Origin: Callorhinchus milii
Taxonomy: Eukaryota
Reading direction: 5' to 3'
Length of the DNA stretch: 41,155 bases
Assembly: GCF_018977255.1 (NCBI RefSeq)
Contig: NW_024705479.1
Location: 1 to 41,155 of the forward strand
Shown: positions 1-9,330 of the stretch, in pieces
How the letters are laid out: the number at the start of each line of letters is the position of its first letter
How positions within the stretch are numbered: the stretch's first letter is position 1
Notes under the pieces: generated by a model
Seen by the model: only the letters and a program-made list of their open reading frames with translations
What the model was told of the DNA's origin: nothing
Database searches by the model: none
Made by a program: the position numbers and the translations under genes

Positions 1-1440
1 GGTGGGTGTTAGAATTTCGGTCTTCGCCCTATTGCCACCTGTGGGGTGGAATGGTAGCAGAGCAGTGTGAGACCCTGCCATCCATCGGGTGGTTGTGTGA
101 TTTTGGTTTGATTACCGGTGTTGGTTGTGCATCCAACGCGTCAAAATCAATGTATTTTGTTTTTCATTCTTCCGCTGGGCGGAATACGATCATCACTTCC
201 CTGGGCCCGGGTGGCTGTCGTGTCCGACGAGCTGAGGCGCAGGCTTGTGGTGCTGTGCCTCAGGAGGTGGTTTCTTCTCGTCACAGGATTCCTGCCCCTG
301 CCGCCCTTGGAGTCGCTGGTTGTGACCGGATGTGGACTTAAAGGTGGGAGTGGAGCGCCCGTACATCACTCCTGCTCATCCTGTTGCCCAACTCCTGGGG
401 AAGGGCCGTGCCCTCTTTGGGCATTTTTCAAGTTCCCCCAGGACCTCCAGGGAGAGCGTGCTCGCCTCCTCTGAGGGCTTGGCCACATGAACTCGTCGAA
501 GACTGGCCGCTGGGCATGACTCTCACACCTTGTTGGTTGCTTACACCATTGTCGAACAGTCACATTCACATGTCGGTGCGTGTGTACAATTTCGCATGGA
601 TGGGCTGTGCTGAGGGATAATCGGGCTGACCAGTTTTTTCTCGGTGTCCATGTGTTGTTGTTGGTTCCCCTCGTTCCATACGTTCTTCCCTCCCCCCTCT
701 CGGTGTGTGTACATATGTTCTCGCGGTAGTTATTATCGGTCGCCGGTTATTTATTGACGTTGTTGGAAGCACACTGTTTTTTTCTGTATTGTCACAGCCG
801 GGACGGCTGGTTTTTTTCATGGGGAGGGTGATGTAGTGATTGTAGCATCACCATTGTGTACACACGCACACGTGTGACGTCACTATGCCGGGAGCGTCAC
901 TACCGCGTGGGTCTACACACACACATGAAGTCATCCCGACTGGAGGCGGGAATGACGTCAGGGCCGGTTCTGGCTCGGGAGGCCACGGGAGTGGTGTGAG
1001 GTCGTGGCACGCTCTGTGATCCCAGCTGGACACGTGACCGGATCCCAGTGGGGGACCGGGGGCCCAGGGGGCATCTCGGGGGCACGTGGACAGCAGGGGG
1101 GCTTCGAGAGGGTTCTCGAAGGGAGGCTTGGCCGGGGTGGGGCCCGGGCACGCCGAGGCCCATATAAGTACCCTCCTCACGAAGTTCGAGGCTGCCCATG
1201 CCAAGAATGAAGATGCATCGTGAAGACGCCAAGAAGAGTCAAGCCTCCAGTCAGCGGACCTGCAGTAGCCCACCTGGCTTAGTCACGCTAGAGTAGCTGA
1301 GAGTTAGAGAAGTGTGTGTTAGCTAGAGTAGGTTGGTGATCACCACGCTATGTGTAATGTACAGTGTTATAATACTTACTGTTCTAATAAATGAGTGTTG
1401 CCTCCCAAGAAGTGTGTGCGCCTAAATTGAACCCACTACA
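1..1440 (+). mobile_element. 3' end of a Ty3/Gypsy-type LTR element (element A): non-coding internal region, PPT and 3' LTR
   Basis: PPT GGGGAGGGTGA at 821-831 directly precedes an LTR. The internal region is homologous to 3516-3840 and, in reverse, to 15018-15095. The 5' part lies outside the window. Confidence 0.8.
832..1440 (+). repeat. LTR of element A
   Basis: TGTAGTG...CACTACA terminal inverted repeats, TATA-like CATATAAG at ~1161, AATAAA at 1386-1391, CRE-like TGACGTCA motifs. Confidence 0.85.
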
Positions 1441-2349
1441 CATATATTTCCTGTTTGTTTTACTTCAGTTATTAGTCATGAAAAATGTATATACGTGCAG
1501 TTTATTTAATTGTTTTAGTTGTATGTATGTCGTGTATAAAGTGCTGTATCATAATATTTGACACTGAAATCAAGCGTAGCTACTTTTTTGTCACGCAAAT
1601 GCATGCCGGTTTTGCCAGATAGGCCCGGGACCGCCAGATAATCACGCGCCAGATAATCTATTATCAAGTGCTGTCCATCGTATGAATTTAGCCCCCAATA
1701 TCAGTGACCTGTTTCCCCATAGCGTCGATCCTTTGTGTAGGGGAGTTTGGAGGAGGGTTTTACCATCTTTACAGCTTACGAGCGATGAGACCGTCCACAG
1801 TGGCTGTATTCCTCGTGGTTTATTATTTGTAGCAAAGGTGAACCCCTTACAGAGGAGCACGCTTAACCGATTCTTTCTCCCAACTCTTGGCATTCCACCA
1901 GAGGTATATTCCTGCCAATGGTTAACCTTGGTGGTGAGCAACCGTTTTGAACACAGCCTGTTGCACCCGTTTACGAAATAGTAGGCAAGAAAAATGCCCC
2001 CATGACCTACACAATACGTGGAAGCCGTAGTTTAATGGATTCAGTCACTTACTCTCTTTCTCTTCACGTCTCCTGTGGTTGTGTGGCAAGTGCTGCTCCA
2101 GTCCTTGTTCTTGGAGTGGCTCCACTGGTGATGGCTGTCGCAGTAAGTGCCACGGTAGCTTTGTTTTTTTTTCGAAGAGGCGTTGCACGACTTGTTCAAG
2201 GGAATTGGAAGCGAACTTCTGCATTGCTAAACTGATAATGCAACTCTGGTGCATTACCTCTGCTCTTATTCTGTCACTTTTTGCTTGTTGCGTTTTAGTT
2301 GTGTAACTGCGCCATAGCCTGGGCAGTTAGCACGATAATATTAACCGGT

Positions 2350-2515
2350 CCTGACCGTCCCTAGATCGACTTGGCCTCAAGTGCTGTGTAAACATCGTCA
2401 ATGGGGAGACAGACGGCCGGGCGTGGTGCTGACCACCCATCCCTTCTTGCTGTGAGGCCATACGAGATGTTACGACTGCCCTGCACCACCCTGCGCCCTA
2501 CGTAGACAACACTCA
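2350..2515 (+). mobile_element. Probable SINE fragment (conserved SINE core-like)
   Basis: CCCTAGATCGACTTGGCCT...CGGCCGGGCGTGGTGCTGACCACCC resembles, from memory, central domains of metazoan SINEs. It is followed by a degenerate CA/TA tract. Confidence 0.45.
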
Positions 2516-2730
2516 CAATATATGCATATACTCACACGCACACACAGGTGCACTTATCCAAAAATATACACGCAGACATAAACCCATCCATGTCCACATA
2601 CATGGGTATATGTACACACACCTATCCATGTGTAGAAGACTTTGCAAAGAAAGTGCTAGAAGGCACACGTTAAGGTAATTGGGAACAGGTGGCCGCCAAT
2701 TCACTGTACTCATTAAATAAAGAATACACG

Positions 2731-3092
2731 TGTTGTAGTCGAGTGTGGGGCCAATGTCCGATAGGAGCGGGGCTGAGCAAGTATATGAGGAGGAGCGTGG
2801 CCCGCCGACGGGGCACTTGTTCAGGGAATAATCGACGGCCAAGGTGGACGACATTGGGGACGACTGTTCGAAAACAACTTAATTTAACCGTCGGGACTGA
2901 CTTCGAGAAACAACTGAATGGAAACCATTGGGACTGACTGTTCATGAAACAATTTGGTGGAAACCATCGGGGCTGAATATAGTCATAGTAATTACGAGTG
3001 TGGCAATTGTTACACTCGGCACTAAATACGTTTCAATAGAAATAAAGTTTTTACTTTTAAAAAAAGTGGATGTCTGCAACGAGCTTCTTTCA
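2731..3092 (+). repeat. 5' LTR of element B (start approximate, 2731 or 2734)
   Basis: Starts TG, ends CA, AATAAA near the end, internal ~38-bp degenerate tandem repeats (2850-2975), immediately followed by a tRNA PBS. Confidence 0.65.
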
Positions 3093-3094
3093 AC

Positions 3095-3114
3095 TGGTGG
3101 CAGTGGTGGGATTC
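3095..3114 (+). promoter_or_regulatory. Primer-binding site, tRNA-Leu (AAG/TAG type)
   Basis: TGGTGGCAGTGGTGGGATTC is complementary to the tRNA-Leu 3' end GAATCCCACC(A/G)CTGCCA-CCA. Confidence 0.85.
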
Positions 3115-4169
3115 AGTCTAGAGTATCCCGAAAGAAGACCCGAAGGGGAGCTCCTCAGAGGAAGAGGTGTCATCCATAAGTGCCCCAGGTCCCCGAGAAG
3201 TGGAACCCATCAGGAACCGGGAGCCGCTGGCAGCTAAATTCCCGAAAGAGTTGGAGGCCCTGCCACGGACCAGGAAACCAGTATCGCCAAGACAAAAAGA
3301 CTGGCAACACGTAGTTAAGAGACTGGACTGCCGTACCTCCGCCATTGATTGGTTTCTGACGGCGATCGTCGAGGAGAGAAAGGGGAAAGAGTAGATGCTG
3401 TGCAACTTGAGCAGCCGCCGATCCCCGCAGTCGTAGGAGCCGGGGTCGACAAGCCAGAACAACAGCAAATTCACGTGGAGTGCCTAGTCGACAGCGTCGG
3501 CCTGGAGACGGAGCTGTGTGATACCCTGCCATCCATGCCGTGTCAGTGTGTGACTTCAGTTCGCTTCGGGGTGTTTGTTGTGCATCCAACGCGTCGATTT
3601 TTATGTATTTTATTTGGTTTTCTCCTTACGCCGGGCGGATTACGATCATCTCCACTACCCTGGGGCCGGGTGGCTGTCGTGTACGACATGCTGATGTGCG
3701 TTTCATGGTGCTGTGCCTCAGGAGGTTGGGTTCTCCTTCTCGTCACAGATCTTCGCGCCTGCCACACTGGTGTCACCGGTTGTGCTAACCGGATGTGGAC
3801 TTGAAGGGGGAGTGGAGCGCCTGGCCATCACTCCTGCTCTACCAGTTGTTCTCTGAAGTTGGACTTGAGCCAGGCGGATGGACCAGCAACACGGACACGC
3901 TCTAAGACACCGCATTCCTGATTTATGTGCGTCTGCCGTTCTTGCGTGTCGGTTACCGTTGTTGTGCATTGCCTTCTATTCCTTAATTCTTTCTTGCTTG
4001 TTGCACGGAGGACGGACCGGTGTTCCGTACCGAATCCTAGTCCCTTCCCTTTTGTTGATTCTATTCGTCATTAGTTTTGTTTCCATCGTGTTTGTTGTGG
4101 CCTGTCGCTCGCATTATTCCATCCTGATTCAGCCGGGACGGCTGGTCCTTAACATCAGAGGGGGGGTCA

Positions 4170-4704
4170 TGTAATGCGAGCGCAAGCGGGGTTCGCTGCT
4201 GGCCTTTGGGCCAATCATACGGCCCGGGGTATTGGGGGGTGAGCCAATATGGGGGCGTATATGAAGGTCCCGCTCACCTCGGGTCCAATCGGAAGCGAGG
4301 TGAGTGGGGGCGGAACCTAGGGGCGGAGCCAGCAGGGCGCAATGGGGAGGCGAGATCTGGAAGGTTTGGAAGGGCGTGGTGTGAGGGAGGAGACAGGGTC
4401 ATGTGGTGAAGGGGATATAGTTGGGAGCCCGGAAGGGCTCCGGGTCAGTCGTTGGAATGAAGAAGCGGGACCACATTGGGTGGCTGAAGGGAATTCGCGC
4501 CATCAGCCACATGGCCGCAGGGCTTCAGCACACCGTCGGCCAGCGGTGTGCAGAGCGGGGGAGCTGGAGAGACTGATGGAGGAGCGCGTGCGGGGCGCGT
4601 CGCGAGGAGCAGCTGGTCCGGTGTTGGGACCAGCGGGGTGCGGGTGTTAACCCGAATAAAGACTGACGGAGACCAAGCAGTGCGTGGCGAAGTCCTTTAT
4701 TACA
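4170..4704 (+). repeat. 3' LTR of element B, related to the LTRs of element C
   Basis: TGTAAT...ATTACA termini after the PPT AGAGGGGGGG. Shares CACCGTCGGCCAGCGGTG and CCCGAATAAAG...AGTCCTTTATTACA with 7356-7801. Confidence 0.85.
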
Positions 4705-4789
4705 CTTAGAAGACGGAAATAATTGCTCAACTCTCATCTACATGCACCTCACTCGCTATCTTCAATATCGGTGGTGTTCACCTCAAATT

Positions 4790-5620
4790 GGTACCCCATT
4801 TCACCTATCTCGGTTCTGCCCTCTCCCCTACGTGCTCCCTTGACGATGAAATTGACACTCACGCCAACAGAACCTCCACTTCCTTTGGATGCCTCCAGGC
4901 CAGGGTCTTCAAAAACGGTAAGCTCAAGACCCACACCAAGGAGGCAGTTTGCAACTTCGTTTTTGTCTCCACCCTGCTTTATGGCTCAGACAACTTGGAC
5001 CTCATATAGGCGGCAAATTAACATCCTAGAAGCCTTCCACATCAGATGCCTCCAGCGCATCCTAGGATAATCTTGAAGGACAAAGTTCTACTCCTGAGAT
5101 CCTCACCAACACCAAGTCGTCCTACATTGAGGTAAGCATGGCCACATGACACCTCCACTGGCTTGGCTATGTGATCCGCATGCCTGATCAGCTGCTCCCC
5201 CGTCGAGTTCTCTAACGCCAACTCAGCGCAGTCAAACGCTCCACTAGAGGAGAGAAAAAATGCTTCGAGGACCACAGCAAGGACCTGCTGAAGCGCTGTA
5301 ACATCAATCCCTCCAGCCTGGAACCCCTGGCACTGGACAGGTCCACCTGGTGGTCACCTGTGCCAGAGGGGTTCAGCACATGGAAGATGCTATCTCACAG
5401 CGAAGATGCGAGAGGTGCACCCAGAGACACCCCCAGACACCAACGCACAACTGGAATAACGCCATCCGAGACCCAACACACGTGTCCGATCTGCAGAAAA
5501 GTGTTCTGCTGTCGCGTTGGTATCCACAGCCACATGAAGTGGCACATACGCCAAAAGTGCTAGCCCACCCACAAGAGGAGCATTCGTGATCTTTTTCCAT
5601 GGACAGCCAAGAGAAAGAGA
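4790..5620 (+). mobile_element. RTE-clade (BovB-like) LINE, 5'-truncated and decayed ORF2 C-terminus
   Basis: Translations FTYLGSALS...DDEI...FG.L..RVF...TLLYGS, TWTSYRRQINILEAFHIRCLQRIL and the terminal C2H2 HTCPICRKVF..RVGIHSHMKWH are typical of RTE ORF2. Frameshifts and stops are present. Confidence 0.85.
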
Positions 5621-6222
5621 GGTCTAGTAACTATAGTAGCATCTACCGACTATAGTAGTAACTGCACATTTCAAAGGAGGGGGGGGGAGGGGAAGAGGAC
5701 ATCAGTGGGGGCAACAGGCGAGGCGCAAAGCACCAGAAAGCCTTCCAAACGAGCTAAAACGTGTTTTCTTAGCCCGTGCTGCAAAAGTAATTTTGCAGTC
5801 TGGCTCGTCTCCCCATACACGCTGTTCAGGATTATCCTCAGCCTGTGCTCTTGCAACAGTAACGGTGCAGTCTCCGGCTTGTCTTGATGCAAGCTGCTCT
5901 GCAGTTTACTCAGCCTGTGCTGCCAAACTGCCTTCATCGTTTGGTTGCTGTTGAGAGGCGCAGCTCCTCCGTTTGTTTTGCACGCCACAATGCTGCCACA
6001 GTTTGTTTGTTTGGGAGGTTTTGTTTTTTCTTGGCATTTTTTCTTGTAAACAAAATGGCCACCAAGACTTTAGAAGGAATATTCAAATCACCCAATAAAT
6101 AGAGAACTGTTTCACACGTCATCATGTCAGTTATTATGCAGGATTGAGTAAGTCCAGGAGAAATTGTCTTGACAGGTTGCCCGTCCTACAGTGCGAGGGA
6201 GTTCAGGAGAAACGCTATTCAG

Positions 6223-6260
6223 ACTCTTAGGTTTTTTCGGTAAAGTCACGTAGGTAAAAA
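6223..6260 (+). repeat. Orphan MITE terminal inverted repeat
   Basis: ACTCTTAGGTTTTTTCGGTAAAGTCACGTAGGTAAAAA matches the TIRs of the MITE at 39192-39638. Confidence 0.7.
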
Positions 6261-6307
6261 TAAATAATAAAAATAATAGAAATAATAATAGAAATAAAAT
6301 AATAAAT

Positions 6308-6348
6308 CACGACGTTTCGGAGGCAACACAAGTCTCCATCATCAGGTG
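6308..6348 (-). ncRNA. Minimal type I hammerhead ribozyme
   Basis: The minus strand reads CAC-CUGAUGA-U-GGAGAC-UUGUGUU-GCCUCC-GAAACGUC-GUG: catalytic core, stem II, palindromic ACGU stem III, GUC cleavage site and short stem I CAC/GUG. It lies in a Penelope 3' tail. Confidence 0.8.
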
Positions 6349-6633
6349 GGACCGTCACAGCTAAATTTACTGTATCAAGTGAGGCAAAATTCCAAGAAAC
6401 AAGCTCTTAAATACAAGTTAGGGGGGAGGGGCTTAGCAGAATGTGGTAGCCAATGAATGGAACGTGTTGCGAGGGGTGGGCAGGGCTAAAAGAGAACAAA
6501 AGGTGCACTTGGGGTTGTAACCGGTGTTGGCTGACAATCCAAATACAAAAAAGGCAGTACTGTTAAACGCTGGGATGTCAACACTCGGTAAAGTAGAATA
6601 GTACCTGTCAAATAAGATGTTCCAAATGTGTAG

Positions 6634-6966
6634 TTAAATCTTTACATGGTTAATAACATCTTTCCAATGATTATTCGGTTTGTACCCATCACGGTTGAAG
6701 TTATGTCCGTGTTTGTATATCTGGATGGCTTCGTATACAAACCTTTGATGGTAGCCAGAAGGTTTGCAGAGTTTCTTGGTCTCGGAAAGACAATAGCATG
6801 AGCCCACAGCTATGCAGCAATGATCAGCAACAGCTGAAGACTCAATTTTGCCGTGTTTCAGATGTGACTTGTGCTCGCGGACACGATCGGAGACGTGACG
6901 TTTCGTTTCCCCAATGTAACAATCACCACAGCTGCAACTCAGCTTATAGACTCCAGGGTATTGCAA
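6634..6966 (-). pseudogene. Penelope GIY-YIG endonuclease domain
   Basis: PGVYKLSCSCGDCYIGETKR...RVREH...SAVADHC...RFVYEAIQI...NFNRDGY. The upstream reading frame is broken. Confidence 0.9.
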
Positions 6967-7355
6967 GTAAGGAATGACATATTTTACAGATGGGATTAGA
7001 TCACGGATTTTATGTACTGTACCAGACTTGGATCTTATGTTTGTTTAGAATTTGAGATCTTTTTGGTCACGCCTGCTATGTATGGCAACGTGATAGTTTT
7101 GATCAGAGTTTCAAGTGTCTGTTTCTGTATGGTAGGAGAAACAACTTGGCGGATGGTTCGGTCAGAGTATCCGTTCATCCTGAGGGCCCATGTACATGTC
7201 TTAATTCACTGGCCAGGTGGTGTTGGTCAGGAATGCCATGAGCTCTGTGGTATATTTATTCATCCTAGGACGTGAGCTCTGAAGCTCTGTCCATTGGATG
7301 CATGTCAAAGTTACACCAACAATAACAACTATGGGCGTGCATAGTATCTTAAAGG

Positions 7356-7801
7356 TGTAATGCGGGCGTAAATGACCTTCCGGATGTGACGTCACGAGGG
7401 GGAGGAGTTACGTCACGTGGGGGTAAGGGTTCAGGTCTTAAAGGGGAGAAACCGTAAGAGGAGGAGGTGATTGGAGACTGGGCTGGAGTGGGGCCACGCA
7501 GGGCGAGAGCTGGGGGTGGCGAGATCGCCACATACACAGAGTACGGTCGGCACCGTCGGCCAGCGGTGACCGACCCCGGAGGAACAGGGAGCAGCCGAGG
7601 GGCTGTAACGAGAGCAGCCGGAGCGGCTGCCCGAAGAGTCCAGCAGCGGGGCTGCTGGAGAAAGGAGAGAGAAGCTACAACAGCGACAACAGCGTCGGCC
7701 GCAGAGCGGAGAGTCTATGCGAGAGAGCCGTGTGGGGAAAGAGGAGGCGAACCCGAATAAAGGACACCAAGCCAGATACCGTAGTCGAGTCCTTTATTAC
7801 A
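7356..7801 (+). repeat. 5' LTR of element C
   Basis: TGTAAT...ATTACA termini; near-identical to 13478-14002. Confidence 0.95.
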
Positions 7802-7802
7802 C

Positions 7803-7816
7803 TGGTGTCAGAAGTG
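7803..7816 (+). promoter_or_regulatory. Primer-binding site, tRNA-Leu(CAA)
   Basis: TGGTGTCAGAAGTG is complementary to the tRNA-Leu(CAA) 3' end CACTTCTGACA-CCA. Confidence 0.85.
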
Positions 7817-7823
7817 TAACGGC

Positions 7824-9330
7824 ATGTCAAAGCAACTAAGAAAAAATAATATTCCGACGCCATCATCTGCTTCATCATCCGACGACGACGGCCTCCCTCC
7901 AGCGATGGACCCAGCTGCGTTGGTGGAGGAGACCCGGGCTGGAGCGAGTGCGGGTCCGGGGGTTCAAGATGTCGCCGCGTCGGCGGGCCCGTCAGCATCA
8001 ACGGACGCGGATTTCCGATGGGCGCAGATGGCAGAGCAGCTTGAGACGCTCAAGAATATATTGGCGCAGTTGTGTACCCTCGTCACGCCGAGGACGGCGT
8101 TTGGGAGAGCCGAGGGTGGTCCACAGGCCGCCGCCTTGCCTTCGCCGTCGACGCCATCAGCCACGCGGCACGAAGACGCCATCTTGGGCGTGGCGGGGGA
8201 GGAACGGCGGGAGGCCGCCATCTTGCGCTCTCCGCGACGGGAAGCCGCCATCTTGACCACGCCGCGATGCGACGCCATTTTGAATCTGCCACCGGAGGAT
8301 TCATCGCTGGAAGACGGCGCGCCAAGGAGTCGCAGTCGTCATCTTACTACGGTTAAAGAATTCTCCATCGGGGGCGATTGGAGCGCTTTCGCCTGCAGAT
8401 TTTTGGCGGCGGTACGCTCTGCAAGGTGGACTGACGCTGAAGCTTTGGAAGTGCTGCCGACTCTTCTGGATGACGAGTCGGTCAGATTCTTTCGTTCTAT
8501 AACGGCCGAAAAGAAAAAACATTACGAGGAGTTTTTGACGAAATGGCGGATGCTTACGAGCCGCCCGATGATGCTCATCGCCGATTTGCTCAACGACAGC
8601 GAGCGCCCGAGGAGTCGCCGGTGGCGTTTAGGGGTGCGGTGCTGGAGTTGGCTATGGCCGCATATCCGGAGACGAAGCCTGACCTGCTCGAGCCTCTCAT
8701 TCTGGGTAAGATGCTCGAGCTGTCCCGGGATCTGGGGATCCCCATGCCGGTGTGTGGCCACGAGAAGCTGACGTCCCGGGCGGCAGCCAAATGTCTGGAC
8801 GCCCAGTTTAACCTGCGCCGGTGGAAGCAAGTCGCGGCGTGGACGGGGGGACCCATCATCGAGGGAGGTGCCGTGGGTTGGGACCCCAAGAAGGCGGTAT
8901 ACGTGCCGGATGAGGGGAGCCCGCAGGAGCTGACGGCCGCCTCGGGTCCATGGTCGGGCCGCGGTAGGCCGGTCCCGCGTGCTGCACCGCCGGCACGGGG
9001 CCGTCGGGACGCGGGGCCTGCGCTGCGGCGCAACGACGTTGACTGCTTCCGCTGCGGGCGTAAGGGCCATTACGCCAGGGACTGCTGGGCCCGTATCCCG
9101 GGTCCGCCCCAGCAGGAGGCCTCGTCAACGGACGCGCCAAAGAAGGAACCTCCAAGACAGGCAAGTCGGTGCGCACCAGACACCCGGCAAGGCTTTACAC
9201 CTCACCCATCACCATTGTCGTGCGATCCGGGTGTTGTTACCAACGAGAGGCCATCGACGGGGCCGTGTCGCTCGGTGACGCAGTGGCGTAAATTGGCACG
9301 GAGGGTCGTCGCGGCCGCTACTGGTTCGTC
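7824..9330 (+). pseudogene. gag: Gypsy gag with one frameshift near 8515
   Basis: ATG at 7824 just after the PBS, capsid-like segment (VKEFSIGGDWSAF...RRFAQRQRAPEESPVAF), CCHC knuckle CFRCGRKGHYARDC at 9044-9085. Confidence 0.9.

Larger units (their letters stand above)
2731..4704 (+). mobile_element. Deleted or chimeric LTR retroelement (element B) without pol
   Basis: LTR, PBS, short gag-like remnant (3120-3400), non-coding module shared with elements A and D, PPT (4157-4166), LTR. The two LTRs differ from each other and no TSD is seen. Confidence 0.65.
6261..7190 (-). mobile_element. Penelope-like element, 3' fragment (RT-linker remnant, GIY-YIG endonuclease, 3' tail with ribozyme)
   Basis: The minus strand gives ALRMNGYSDRTI...ITLPYIAGVTKKI and then the GIY-YIG domain, in the Penelope order. 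Confidence 0.88.

Noticed and set aside
5671..6125. Minus-strand ORFs, and similar ones at 1642-2330, as host exons
   Set aside because: No identifiable domain or consistent splice structure.
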